NCBI GenBank assembly: GCA_048270185.1 | Contig: JBLWTJ010000003.1 | Span: 224,001 to 288,000, forward strand | Direction of reading: 5' to 3' | From: Bacteriovoracaceae bacterium | Lineage (GTDB): Bacteria > Bdellovibrionota > Bacteriovoracia > Bacteriovoracales > Bacteriovoracaceae | DNA: 64,000 bases | Shown here: in pieces, positions 10,344-19,557 of the stretch | How positions within the stretch are numbered: position 1 is the first letter of the stretch | Layout of the letters: each line of letters begins with the position of its first letter | Notes under the pieces: model-generated | Told to the model about the DNA's origin: nothing | What the model saw: the letters and a program-made list of their open reading frames with translations, nothing else | Database searches by the model: none | Position numbers and translations under genes: made by a program

Positions 10344-11126
10344 GCCTATCTTTTTAGCGTATTTCTTTACAAAGCTTCCGGCCATATCGGGAAGGTGATG
10401 ACCTAGTTTTTTAGGCTTATCCATTGTGACTTCATTGCCAAGATCAACTAAGAGCTTTGTAAAATTCTCCATCCCTTCTTTTCCAACTACTACATCATCT
10501 TCACCTGAGATGAGGTGAATTGTTTTTCCACTAAGGCTTAGGTGGTATTTCTGGTCCTTAATCCATGGAAACATAATCTCTGGGGCCAGATGTTTTGAAA
10601 CCATTTCGGCGCGGGCCTTAACTGTTGCTTGATAAAATGGAGTATCAAAAACGTGTGTGACTCCTTGTGGAGGAACGCCAAATCCTACACCACAGTGATA
10701 GGCTTCATATCCATCAAAGATTCCATTTTGAAGGGCGAGAATTGATGTCAGGGCCCCAAGAGAGTGTCCTCCAATAAGGATACGCTTTTGTTGATTAGGG
10801 TAGATTTTCTTTAATTCAATTAGCGCTTGCTCAAAGAGAAGCGGGGCGTCGTTTTTGAAGTCTTCAAATGAAGCGACTTCGTGAAAAGATCCAGTGAAAT
10901 GACCTGGTTGGTCAAAAATTAAAGTCGGGATTCCATCGTCGCAAAGCTTTTGGGCCCATGAAAAAATACTGCCCTTATGAGATGTATAACCATGTGTGAA
11001 AATTGCGTAACCATTATCCTTAAGCTTTGATTGCGGTGGCCTAAAGAGGAGAGCATTAACTTTGGTTTCATTTACAGTTAAAATAATTTTATCGATACTT
11101 AAAAACTTTTCATTCATAGTAGTCAT
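10335..11126 (-). CDS. Alpha/beta hydrolase
   Basis: HGY oxyanion motif, GHSLG nucleophile elbow, GEDDVVV, C-terminal GHH. Confidence 0.85.
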   Translation of the reverse strand: MTTMNEKFLSIDKIILTVNETKVNALLFRPPQSKLKDNGYAIFTHGYTSHKGSIFSWAQKLCDDGIPTLIFDQPGHFTGSFHEVASFEDFKNDAPLLFEQALIELKKIYPNQQKRILIGGHSLGALTSILALQNGIFDGYEAYHCGVGFGVPPQGVTHVFDTPFYQATVKARAEMVSKHLAPEIMFPWIKDQKYHLSLSGKTIHLISGEDDVVVGKEGMENFTKLLVDLGNEVTMDKPKKLGHHLPDMAGSFVKKYAKKIGLL

Positions 11127-11176
11127 AATAATTAAAGATATCTCAAATTAAAATTAAAAAACTTTTTAATTTTCTA

Positions 11177-11205
11177 TTGACGAAGAAGGGATAAACCATT
11201 AATTT
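11177..11205 (+). promoter_or_regulatory. Probable sigma70 promoter of tRNA-Phe
   Basis: TTGACG-17 nt-TAATTT about 20 nt before the tRNA. Confidence 0.5.
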
Positions 11206-11225
11206 ACTTAAACCAAATCATTTAT

Positions 11226-11301
11226 GCCCTGATAGCTCAGTTGGTAGAGCAAAGGACTGAAAATCCTTGTGTCCGTGGTTCGAATCCGCGTCGGGGCACC
11301 A
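11226..11301 (+). tRNA. tRNA-Phe (GAA)
   Basis: 76 nt cloverleaf; D arm GCTCAGTTGGTAGAGC, anticodon stem AAGGA/TCCTT with loop CTGAAAA, T loop GGTTCGAATCC, encoded CCA. Confidence 0.97.
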
Positions 11302-11302
11302 T

Positions 11303-11334
11303 AAAAAGCCGAAGTTAACCCACTTCGGCTTTTT
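11303..11334 (+). terminator. Terminator after tRNA-Phe
   Basis: AAAAAGCCGAAGT-loop-ACTTCGGCTTTTT. Confidence 0.9.
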
Positions 11335-11439
11335 ATTGCCTAAATTCCAAATTCGAAAAATCTCCCACGACTTCACTATACAACTTTCAAATAAAATCAA
11401 CCTTCGCTATCAAACTCTATTATTCAATATGGAGCTGAG

Positions 11440-11952
11440 ATGGAAATTCAATTAGAACAAATTCAAAATATGATCTATGTGATTCGAGGACATAAAGTGA
11501 TGCTTGATAGTGACCTTGCAAAACTTTATGGAGTTGAAACCAAAAGACTAAATGAGCAAGTGAGAAGGAATTTGGATCGATTCCCTGAAGACTTTATGTT
11601 CCAGTTAAGTTCAGAAGAGTATGATTTTTTGAAGTCGCAAATTGCGACTTCAAAAGTAGGGAGGGGAGGAAAGCAGAAGAAACCTTTTGTTTTTACTGAA
11701 AATGGTGTCGCGATGCTTTCAAGTGTTTTAAAGAGTAAGCAAGCAGTTCAGGTTAATATCGCAATAATGAGGATTTTTACTAAGTTAAGGAGCTTTCTAC
11801 TTATGGAGCAGGAAAATAGTAAAAAGATTGACTCAATTGCGAAAGGTACTAATCAATTATTTAAAGTAGTTTTTGAAAGACTTGATAATTTAGAAGAAAG
11901 ATTACCTTCTCTCAATGATACCCGAAGAAAAATTGGACTAAATCAAAAATAA
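11440..11952 (+). CDS. ORF6N (KilA-N-like) DNA-binding domain protein
   Basis: IRGHKVMLDSDLAKLYGVETKRLNEQVRRNLDRFPEDFMFQL, FTENGVAMLSSVL, C-terminal RRKIG. Confidence 0.9.
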   Translation: MEIQLEQIQNMIYVIRGHKVMLDSDLAKLYGVETKRLNEQVRRNLDRFPEDFMFQLSSEEYDFLKSQIATSKVGRGGKQKKPFVFTENGVAMLSSVLKSKQAVQVNIAIMRIFTKLRSFLLMEQENSKKIDSIAKGTNQLFKVVFERLDNLEERLPSLNDTRRKIGLNQK

Positions 11953-11977
11953 TAACTCAGTTGTTTTTGATATATTC

Positions 11978-12020
11978 AAGGTGCTTTTCATTGACATAAA
12001 GGTAACGAAAAGCACCTTTT
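11978..12020. terminator. Hairpin between convergent genes
   Basis: AAGGTGCTTTTC...GAAAAGCACCTT plus T tract; long loop. Confidence 0.6.
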
Positions 12021-12027
12021 ATTAAAG

Positions 12028-13989
12028 CTACGCTAATACGATTTTTATTTTCTTCATTCGGCCTTCACCGATTGAGACTGTTTTAACTTCCTTGTGCTTA
12101 TCAAGGTGTTGATGAACAAGCCTGCGATCTGAAGCATTTAATGCTTTAAGTGTTACTGGCTCGCGAGTGTCTAGAACTTTGGCCGTTTCACGCTCAACCA
12201 TCTTAATAAGACTATCTTCCTGATTCTTTAAACCCTTACACTTAAAACTTAGTCTAACTTCTCGAGGAATATCAGCACTATTGTAAAGGTGAAGCCTTGT
12301 CAGGTGCTCGATAGCTTGGAGTAGTTCATTATTATCTCTTGTTAACAGCTTCTCATCTTTTCCAGAAAAGAAGATTTTTATATCTTTTCCATTAAATGAG
12401 AATTTAGCAAATAGACTTAAATTCGCCTTTTTTATTAGCTCAATTAAGAATGGCATCACAAGCTTCTTATACGTTGGCCTAAGACTAAAAGTGAACTTAG
12501 TAAGTCTCTTTCCAAATAAGAAGAACTTCTTACGTCCTTCTTGTGATTCATCAAGGCTTAGTTGAGAGTCATACTTTATCTTAAAGAATTCAAGAGCAGC
12601 TTTCTTCGCACTTTCTTGAGAGTCTGCTTGAATAGTAAAGGTCGGTGCACTTGATTTCTTTTCTATTTCTTTAACTGGTTTTTGTACCGTTTGACTACTG
12701 ATTGGCCTTTCAACTTTTTTACGAGTTTTTTTGCGTTGAGGCTTCTTGCGCTTGTCTTTTTCCTCTTGTGTAAGTGGCTTACCAGTTGTTCTATCGACGA
12801 CTTTAAAAGTTTTACGATCAATGAATGGCTTCTTTGATAGCTGCTTAGAAATATCTTCTGGGCCAACTTCAAATTTTGGAATTTTATCACCAATAAATTC
12901 TTGAATAGGGTCTAGGTATTCACAGTCATCAAATGAACAAAAGCTTATTGCTTCACCTTCTGAACCTGCACGACCTGTTCGACCGATGCGATGAACATAG
13001 TTTGCAGCATCTTGTGGAAGATCGTAATTGATAACAAGATTAACATCTTTAATGTCGAGTCCTCGTGCTGCAACATCTGTACAAACAAGGATTGTCGTTT
13101 CTTTCGATCTAAAATCTTTGATTAGCTTTGTTCTCTTACTTTGAGAGAGACCGCCTGAAATTGCCTTTGCTTTAAAATCCATTGCAATAAGCCATTCAGC
13201 AACTAAGTGTGTTTGAAATTTTGTATTACAGAAGACTAGGGCGTATGCATCTTCATGGTTACGGATGAGGTTAACAAGAAGGCCCATCTTTTCATTCTCA
13301 TTAATCATCGCTAACTTGTGATCGATGTGATCAACAACCATGTTGTCTTCATTTAGCTTGAGCTCAATTGGTGTTGAGTTGAACTTGTAGGCCGTGTTTA
13401 AAACGGCCATATTAGTCGTTGCCGAGACCATGATTAATTGCCTGTCATCTGGCATTTGACCAAGTGTATACTCAATATCCTTTTGGAAGCCCATATCAAA
13501 TAAGCGGTCAGCTTCATCAAAGACGATTCCGTATGAGCGATCAATGTAGACGGCCTTTTGCTTAAGTAGGTCGACTAAGCGGCCAGGGGTTGCAATAATG
13601 ATATGAACACCCTTATTGATTTCCTCTTTTTGCTTTTCGAGGCTTTCACCACCAATAACGCAAATGGTTTTAATTCCTGAATCACTACCTAGGTCTTTAA
13701 AGACCTTTGCCGTTTGTTGTGCTAATTCTCTGGTCGGAGATAGGACAACGTAGTGAACCTCATCTACTTTAACGAGGTCATCATGAATGATATGTTCGAT
13801 TATTGGGATGGCAAATGACGCAGTCTTTCCTGAACCTGTTTCAGCAAGAGCGAGGATGTCTTTACCTTCTAAGATTGGATCAATTGTTAGTTCTTGGATG
13901 GCGCTTGCTGTTTCGAAGCCACATTTTTTAATGGATTCAAGGAGGCCTGCGCTTAAATTAAAGTCTTCAAATGGTATATTATTTGTCAT
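12028..13989 (-). CDS. DEAD-box RNA helicase with C-terminal Jag_N-KH-R3H (KhpB/EloR-like) module
   Basis: Q motif GFETASAIQ, AETGSGKT, PTRELA, TPGRL, DEAD, SAT, ARGLD, HRIGRTGRAG; C-terminal R3H RRLVH...SIGEGRMK. Confidence 0.9.
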   Translation of the reverse strand: MTNNIPFEDFNLSAGLLESIKKCGFETASAIQELTIDPILEGKDILALAETGSGKTASFAIPIIEHIIHDDLVKVDEVHYVVLSPTRELAQQTAKVFKDLGSDSGIKTICVIGGESLEKQKEEINKGVHIIIATPGRLVDLLKQKAVYIDRSYGIVFDEADRLFDMGFQKDIEYTLGQMPDDRQLIMVSATTNMAVLNTAYKFNSTPIELKLNEDNMVVDHIDHKLAMINENEKMGLLVNLIRNHEDAYALVFCNTKFQTHLVAEWLIAMDFKAKAISGGLSQSKRTKLIKDFRSKETTILVCTDVAARGLDIKDVNLVINYDLPQDAANYVHRIGRTGRAGSEGEAISFCSFDDCEYLDPIQEFIGDKIPKFEVGPEDISKQLSKKPFIDRKTFKVVDRTTGKPLTQEEKDKRKKPQRKKTRKKVERPISSQTVQKPVKEIEKKSSAPTFTIQADSQESAKKAALEFFKIKYDSQLSLDESQEGRKKFFLFGKRLTKFTFSLRPTYKKLVMPFLIELIKKANLSLFAKFSFNGKDIKIFFSGKDEKLLTRDNNELLQAIEHLTRLHLYNSADIPREVRLSFKCKGLKNQEDSLIKMVERETAKVLDTREPVTLKALNASDRRLVHQHLDKHKEVKTVSIGEGRMKKIKIVLA

Positions 13990-14131
13990 AGCAATGAATA
14001 TACGTTAAACGACACACTTATCTAAGTAATTTCTTAATTTTAATTATATTAAATACATTTAAGTGCTTATTATTGAGAAAAACATGAACTTGACTCAAAA
14101 TTGAAAGAATATTTTTGTAAGTAGGTAGGTT

Positions 14132-15157
14132 ATGAGTAAGAAAGTAAAGATTTTTGTCGCAGAACAATATGATCCATATTTTAATCTCGCCACAGAGAAT
14201 TGGATTTTCAATGATATGGACACGGATTCTCACGTTCTCTTTCTTTGGCAAAATGACGAGACGGTCGTCATTGGTAAGCACCAGAACCCATGGACTGAAT
14301 GTATTACGAGTAAGATGGAAGAAGATGGGGTGAAGCTTGCCAGACGTCAAAGTGGTGGAGGGGCCGTTTTCCATGATCTTGGTAATACGAATTTTACATT
14401 TATGTCTTCAAAAGAGTCTTATGATAAAGACGCCAATAACAAGATCATTACAAATGCTTTGAAAGTATTTGGAGTGGACGCCTTTCCAAATGGACGAAAT
14501 GATATTGAAGTCAAAATTGCACAAGAAGAAGGTTCAAGAAAGATTTCTGGTTCGGCCTTTAAAGTGAAAAGAGATCGAAGCTTCCACCACGGAACCCTGC
14601 TTATCAATGCTGATTTAAGTAAACTTGCTAATTACTTAAATCCGAATAAGAAGAAATTAGAATCAAAAGGGATTAAGTCGGCACGTGCTCGAGTTGTTAA
14701 TCTTTGTGAGCTTAATTCAGAAATCAATCATGAAAGTCTCTCAAAAGCGATTATTGAAGAATTCTGTCGTTTCTATAATGCGAGCTCAGAAGTTGAAGTT
14801 CTAAACTACGACTTCTTAAAATCAGTTCCAAAAGTAAATGAGTACTATGAGGAATTAAAGGATTGGAATTGGCTTTACGGTAAAACACCAAAATTCAATC
14901 ATCAATTTGATGAGCGCTTTACTTGGGGTGGTGTTGAAGTTCATCTCAACTCTAATAAGGGTTTAATTGAGGAAGTAACAATCTTTAGTGATTGTTTGCA
15001 CCCGCCACTGATTGAATCATTTGCAGAAACATTAAAAGGTATTGCTTATAATGCGGATGCCGTAAAAGAATCCTTGATTAATCTTAAAAATGAGTTTCAA
15101 GATCATCATAGTGAAGTGGACGACTTTACGAAGTGGCTATTATCAAATATCCGATAA
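14132..15157 (+). CDS. lplA: Lipoate-protein ligase A
   Basis: FNLATE, VVIGKHQNPW, RRQSGGGAVFHD, KISGSA, HHGTLL. Confidence 0.95.
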   Translation: MSKKVKIFVAEQYDPYFNLATENWIFNDMDTDSHVLFLWQNDETVVIGKHQNPWTECITSKMEEDGVKLARRQSGGGAVFHDLGNTNFTFMSSKESYDKDANNKIITNALKVFGVDAFPNGRNDIEVKIAQEEGSRKISGSAFKVKRDRSFHHGTLLINADLSKLANYLNPNKKKLESKGIKSARARVVNLCELNSEINHESLSKAIIEEFCRFYNASSEVEVLNYDFLKSVPKVNEYYEELKDWNWLYGKTPKFNHQFDERFTWGGVEVHLNSNKGLIEEVTIFSDCLHPPLIESFAETLKGIAYNADAVKESLINLKNEFQDHHSEVDDFTKWLLSNIR

Positions 15158-16456
15158 GATTTTAGATAGTGCATCTTGGCAGCTAGAAGCAGGCCTTAGA
15201 AATTCTATGGCCTTTTCTAGAATTTCCTTTGTTCGATAGTTAATAAGTCCATAATCTCCCTTAAGCTTTTCAATATTTTTTGAGACTTCTTCTGATTCAG
15301 TTGTATTTGAAAGCAGTCTTTGCATATTGTCGGAGATAATATTAGAGATATCGTCTTCAAGCTCTTCATCAAGGCCAATTTCATTCATCTTTTTATAGAG
15401 AAGCATGAAGGTTTCAAGGTCATAGATATTAGAGACGACCTTTTCAGAGAATTGAGAAAAGTAATATGGTGAAAACTTACCGAGATTATTTAATAGTAAT
15501 TCCAATTCTTGCTCCTTAATCTTTCCGGCAGGAAATTTGGCAAGATGATTGGTAACAAAGTCTTTTTGTAACATGGTATAGAAAGACAACATATGCTTTG
15601 AGTTTATTTCTTTGTAAACCTCAAGAATTTCACGATGATCGACTAATTCACTTAATTTTAATTTTATTCTTTCAAGCTCAAGGTTATCGAGTCCTGTTTG
15701 TTTACTTCTTTCTTCAGAAATAACTTCATTCAATTCATTTAACAGATTACTTTCATACTCAGAGATATCGCGCTTACTATTTGTAAAGAAGTGAGGTGTA
15801 AAGAGAGTTGGAGAAGAGGGAAGCCTTGCTAGTTGATGGCCTTCTGACCAATCAAGTAAGAACCACTTCTGTTTTGTATTTGAATAAACAAGTTGTTCGA
15901 CATGAAAGTCACCAATGGATTGATAGATAGCACTTTGTCTTGCAAAGTCGATGAGTGAGCTTTCAATTTGAAGCTTTTGAATATCTGTAAAAGTCTCATG
16001 ATTATCTAAGAAGCCTTTTAAATCAAAGTCATTTTCTATGAGATCCACAAGAAGGTAGGAGCTTTCTTGATATGCGTGAATGGTTGGAATTGGAAGCTTA
16101 ATCTCTTCTAGTTCTCGGTAACCATTATAAGAATAGTTGATGAATTTCTTGCCATCAAAGATCGTATAGTTCTTTTCTTGATTACCATGAGGAAGCCTAA
16201 GGGCCACATCCTTTTCTAATTCATTATCGTACACTTTTAGAATGAGTGTGGTATTTCCACTTCCTAAAATCTCTTTATAAGTGACGCTCTTGTCTTTTAG
16301 GTGAATTTTCTCTCCTGCTTCTAAGTCTCCTGAGAAGATACTTTGGGAAAAGTTATCATTGAAGTTTTCCTGTGCATTATAGAGGTAGAGATCAGCAGAA
16401 CTGACCGAGAAATTTGCGAGGCAAAGGATGAATAGAGTAAAGAGAAATTTAATCAT
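15143..16456 (-). CDS. Secreted protein with protein-kinase-like domain
   Basis: ATG 16456 gives signal peptide MIKFLFTLFILCLANFSVSSA; LGSGNTT, VALR, GDFHVEQ, LLDW in kinase order. Confidence 0.65.
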   Translation of the reverse strand: MIKFLFTLFILCLANFSVSSADLYLYNAQENFNDNFSQSIFSGDLEAGEKIHLKDKSVTYKEILGSGNTTLILKVYDNELEKDVALRLPHGNQEKNYTIFDGKKFINYSYNGYRELEEIKLPIPTIHAYQESSYLLVDLIENDFDLKGFLDNHETFTDIQKLQIESSLIDFARQSAIYQSIGDFHVEQLVYSNTKQKWFLLDWSEGHQLARLPSSPTLFTPHFFTNSKRDISEYESNLLNELNEVISEERSKQTGLDNLELERIKLKLSELVDHREILEVYKEINSKHMLSFYTMLQKDFVTNHLAKFPAGKIKEQELELLLNNLGKFSPYYFSQFSEKVVSNIYDLETFMLLYKKMNEIGLDEELEDDISNIISDNMQRLLSNTTESEEVSKNIEKLKGDYGLINYRTKEILEKAIEFLRPASSCQDALSKILSDI

Positions 16457-16468
16457 TTCAGATATATA

Positions 16469-16484
16469 TGCATCTGTTATGCCA
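16469..16484 (-). promoter_or_regulatory. Putative sigma54 (-24/-12) promoter
   Basis: TGGCAT-AACAG-ATGCA with correct GG/GC spacing, just upstream of ATG 16456. Confidence 0.5.
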
Positions 16485-16743
16485 ATTCTCTCATGTGATT
16501 TCTTAACCTTAGAAGAGCTTTCGATGATAATTGTGACCATAGCTTAAACATATGTGAAGTATTAAATCACTACTCGTTCGATTATTTGATCAACGAATGT
16601 GAAAGGTGAAAGAGGGTTATTTGTGTATGAAATTGCATTAAAGATTTATGCTCTAAAGTTGAAATGAACCTCTTTCTTCATATGTCGCGCTGCTAAGCTA
16701 CTTTTTGGTAACTTTACTATTTTATGGTATATTGTCGCCCTCT

Positions 16744-17187
16744 ATGAGCAACTACGAATATAAAGAATATATTGAAATTACTGATGAAGTATTTGAAATC
16801 GTCTCTCAAACGAATTCACATATTTTCAGTACGCCTTATTGTAAGGATCGTATGTACGAGAAAACTCGTGGGTGTAAGAAATTTCTAGCTCAATTCTTCT
16901 TTGATGGAAGTCAGCCGATAGCTTTTAAAGTTGGTTATGACTGTGGTGATCACTTCTATAGTTGGGTCGGAGGCGTTATGCCATTTTACCGCGGGCAAGG
17001 CCTCGCTAAGAAGATGATGGATCGACAACATGAGTGGGTCAAAGAGCAAGGCTTTAGGCGAATTAGAACCCATACCGACGCGCGCTTTCCTGAGATGATT
17101 GATCTTAATAATAAATATGGATTTAAGCTCGTTGGAACGCGAATTAAAGCAGATTTAGAACAACTAATCTTAGAGAAATCTTTCTAA
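16744..17187 (+). CDS. GNAT N-acetyltransferase
   Basis: YSWVGGVMPFYRGQGLA, LNNKYGF; ATG 16744 preferred over TTG 16705. Confidence 0.85.
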   Translation: MSNYEYKEYIEITDEVFEIVSQTNSHIFSTPYCKDRMYEKTRGCKKFLAQFFFDGSQPIAFKVGYDCGDHFYSWVGGVMPFYRGQGLAKKMMDRQHEWVKEQGFRRIRTHTDARFPEMIDLNNKYGFKLVGTRIKADLEQLILEKSF

Positions 17188-17273
17188 TTCTTAAGTTTAC
17201 ATAAACCTAACAATACTTCGATTGACCCATACATGATTTCTAGGTGACAATATTCTTATACTAAGGAGTATCA

Positions 17274-17954
17274 ATGAAATCGATTACGATCATCTTAATG
17301 AGCTTACTAGCTCTATCATCTTTTGCTGATTCATCTCTTCAAGAAAGACTTGATAGCCGCAGAGATAGCGCTAATAAGAAAAGACCTGAAGAAGTAAAGA
17401 AAGTTATGGATGATGCTTTAAAAGAACTTCAACAATCTGGCATTGTACAAAAAAGTATTAAGCAAGGAACAAAGGTTCCAAGTTTTGAGCTTGATGGTAA
17501 GAATATCAGTGAATACTACAAAGATGGAAATATCATTATAAGTTTTTACCGCGGAAGTTGGTGTCCATACTGTATGATGCAGTTAAAAGAATTTGAAAAG
17601 TACTATAGTGATATACAAAAGAAAGGTGGTAAGCTTTTAGTTCTTGCTCCTGATACAAAGATGGAAATTGCAAAGACTAAGAGAAATCATAAATTATCAT
17701 TTCCGATTTTTTCAGATAAAGATAATCTGATTGCTAAGAAATTTGGGCTTGCTTTCAAATTAGGTGATGAGCTCAAAAAAGTTTATACAAAGTTTGGTAT
17801 TGATTTAGAGAAGAATCAAGGCAATGAGAGCTTTGAGATACCTCTTCCTGGAACATATGTTGTTAATAAGGAAGGTCAGATTATCTACGCTTTTGCTGAT
17901 GCAGATTATACAAAGAGAGCAGAACCAAAAGACTTAATTAAATACCTAGAATAG
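17274..17954 (+). CDS. Peroxiredoxin-like AhpC/TSA family protein, exported
   Basis: Signal peptide, FYRGSWCPYC, PLPGTYVV, DYTKRAEP. Confidence 0.88.
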   Translation: MKSITIILMSLLALSSFADSSLQERLDSRRDSANKKRPEEVKKVMDDALKELQQSGIVQKSIKQGTKVPSFELDGKNISEYYKDGNIIISFYRGSWCPYCMMQLKEFEKYYSDIQKKGGKLLVLAPDTKMEIAKTKRNHKLSFPIFSDKDNLIAKKFGLAFKLGDELKKVYTKFGIDLEKNQGNESFEIPLPGTYVVNKEGQIIYAFADADYTKRAEPKDLIKYLE

Positions 17955-17965
17955 AAGGAAGAACT

Positions 17966-18367
17966 ATGCATCAGGGCTCTTGTTTATGTGGAAGTGTTAA
18001 ATTTGAAATGGATGGTGAATTTGACCGCTTTTTCTTATGTCATTGTACATATTGCCAAAAAGATACAGGCTCATCGAATGCGGCCAATTTATTTGCTTCA
18101 AATACAAGGTTTGAATGGCTATCTGGATCTGAGAAAGTGAAGACCTATCGTCTTCCTGAAACAAGGCATTCAAAGAGCTTTTGCACTGAGTGTGGCTCAT
18201 CCCTTCCAACTGTTGTTAAGGATGGATCCCTCGTTGTTATTCCTGCTGGATGTCTTGATAGTGAAGTGACGATTGAACCTAGTGCTCATCTTTTTATGAA
18301 GAGTAAGGCCAACTGGGAAGAGGGACTTGAGTCAATTAAGAGCTTTGATGGTTTTCCTGATATATAA
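17966..18367 (+). CDS. GFA (CENP-V/GFA) family Zn protein
   Basis: GSCLCG, CHCTYCQK, FCTECGS. Confidence 0.9.
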   Translation: MHQGSCLCGSVKFEMDGEFDRFFLCHCTYCQKDTGSSNAANLFASNTRFEWLSGSEKVKTYRLPETRHSKSFCTECGSSLPTVVKDGSLVVIPAGCLDSEVTIEPSAHLFMKSKANWEEGLESIKSFDGFPDI

Positions 18368-18423
18368 ACTGAAAGAATGCAGTGCGACTATTTTTGCTTT
18401 AGAATATAGCGTATAAAATATCT

Positions 18424-18792
18424 ATGTTTAGATATTTAGTTATTACCTTATCAGTTATTTTATCGACGACAGCTTATGCTCAATCTGAATCTAAGCAAGA
18501 TCTAATATGTGCAATCAAGTCGGCAACCTATTATAAGAAAATTCTTGAGTCTCAGAGTCTTGAAGTCGATAAATTTAGGCATTGTAGTGTTTCATGTATT
18601 GTTGGCATTGAGTGTGGAGTTGGCCCTAGTGCTGTAATTGGCGTCGCAAAAGAAATTTATGATCTCTTCGGTGGAGGAACTCCAGAGCTTGCTGACCTCT
18701 TGGCCAATATTCGTGGAATAAAATTAGGGCAACAATCAGATATTCAAAACTTTGAAGAGTGTAAGACAGCTTGCCTCAAGATATATGAATAA
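18424..18792 (+). CDS. Secreted hypothetical protein with DKxxH...KE..D...DxxAN pattern
   Basis: Signal peptide (AYA); DKFRHC, AKEIYD, DLLAN. Confidence 0.7.
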   Translation: MFRYLVITLSVILSTTAYAQSESKQDLICAIKSATYYKKILESQSLEVDKFRHCSVSCIVGIECGVGPSAVIGVAKEIYDLFGGGTPELADLLANIRGIKLGQQSDIQNFEECKTACLKIYE

Positions 18793-19498
18793 ACTCCTTC
18801 TCATTCTTTTAATCACAGCTAATTTAAGTACTCATGCAAATGAATGTGGGGAATTACTATCTAATTTCACATCTCCTGTATGCACTGATGCTAAGTATAT
18901 TTTTTGGACAGGAACGGCCATTACGATAGGTTTTAAAATATTAAAAGATGAAAAAGGTGTGGATGAAATTCAAAAGCGTGCAGCTCAGAAAAATCACTTA
19001 AAAGGCCTTGGAGAGTTTGGTGGTGATATTGGATATGGCTTTCTAAATATAGGCTATATTGTTGGCCAATATTTCTGGGGTGGCAATACTGGAAAGCACA
19101 GAGCACAGCATATGTTTGAAGCTACTGCTTATACCCTCGGAACAACAATGGCCTTGAAATATAGCGTCGATGAAGCAAGGCCTGGCTTTCCTGACCAACA
19201 TGACTCATTTCCTTCTGGGCATTCATCGGCATCATTTGCTTTTGCCTCTGTTGTTACCGCTCAGCACGGTTGGAAGTGGGGGGCAGCTGCTCATCTTGCA
19301 GCAGTCTTTATAGCCTTTAGTCGTCTCAATGATGACTGGCACTATATGCATGATGTGACAGCAGGTATGACAATAGGAATGAGTTATGGTTGGGGAATAT
19401 TCTACAACCATATCGATTATAATAAGCCTTATTGGTTCACTATACTTCCAAGTGAGAATCTTGATGGAGTAAATATTGGATTATCTGCTTCTTTCTGA
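18785..19498 (+). CDS. PAP2-family phosphatase
   Basis: KxxxxxxRP (KYSVDEARP), SFPSGH, SRLNDDWHYMHD; ATG 18785 gives a signal peptide. Confidence 0.9.
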   Translation: MNKLLLILLITANLSTHANECGELLSNFTSPVCTDAKYIFWTGTAITIGFKILKDEKGVDEIQKRAAQKNHLKGLGEFGGDIGYGFLNIGYIVGQYFWGGNTGKHRAQHMFEATAYTLGTTMALKYSVDEARPGFPDQHDSFPSGHSSASFAFASVVTAQHGWKWGAAAHLAAVFIAFSRLNDDWHYMHDVTAGMTIGMSYGWGIFYNHIDYNKPYWFTILPSENLDGVNIGLSASF

Positions 19499-19557
19499 TT
19501 TACTTTTTTAATTTTAAATTAACTTAATTGGCATCTATTTAAAGTCGATGCGTTAGC

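Noticed and set aside
11218..11455. ORFs 11218..11400 and 11267..11455
   Set aside because: They overlap the tRNA and its terminator; spurious
11226..12020. Prophage or integrative element at tRNA-Phe
   Set aside because: No integrase, structural genes or duplicated att noticed; only one ORF6N gene
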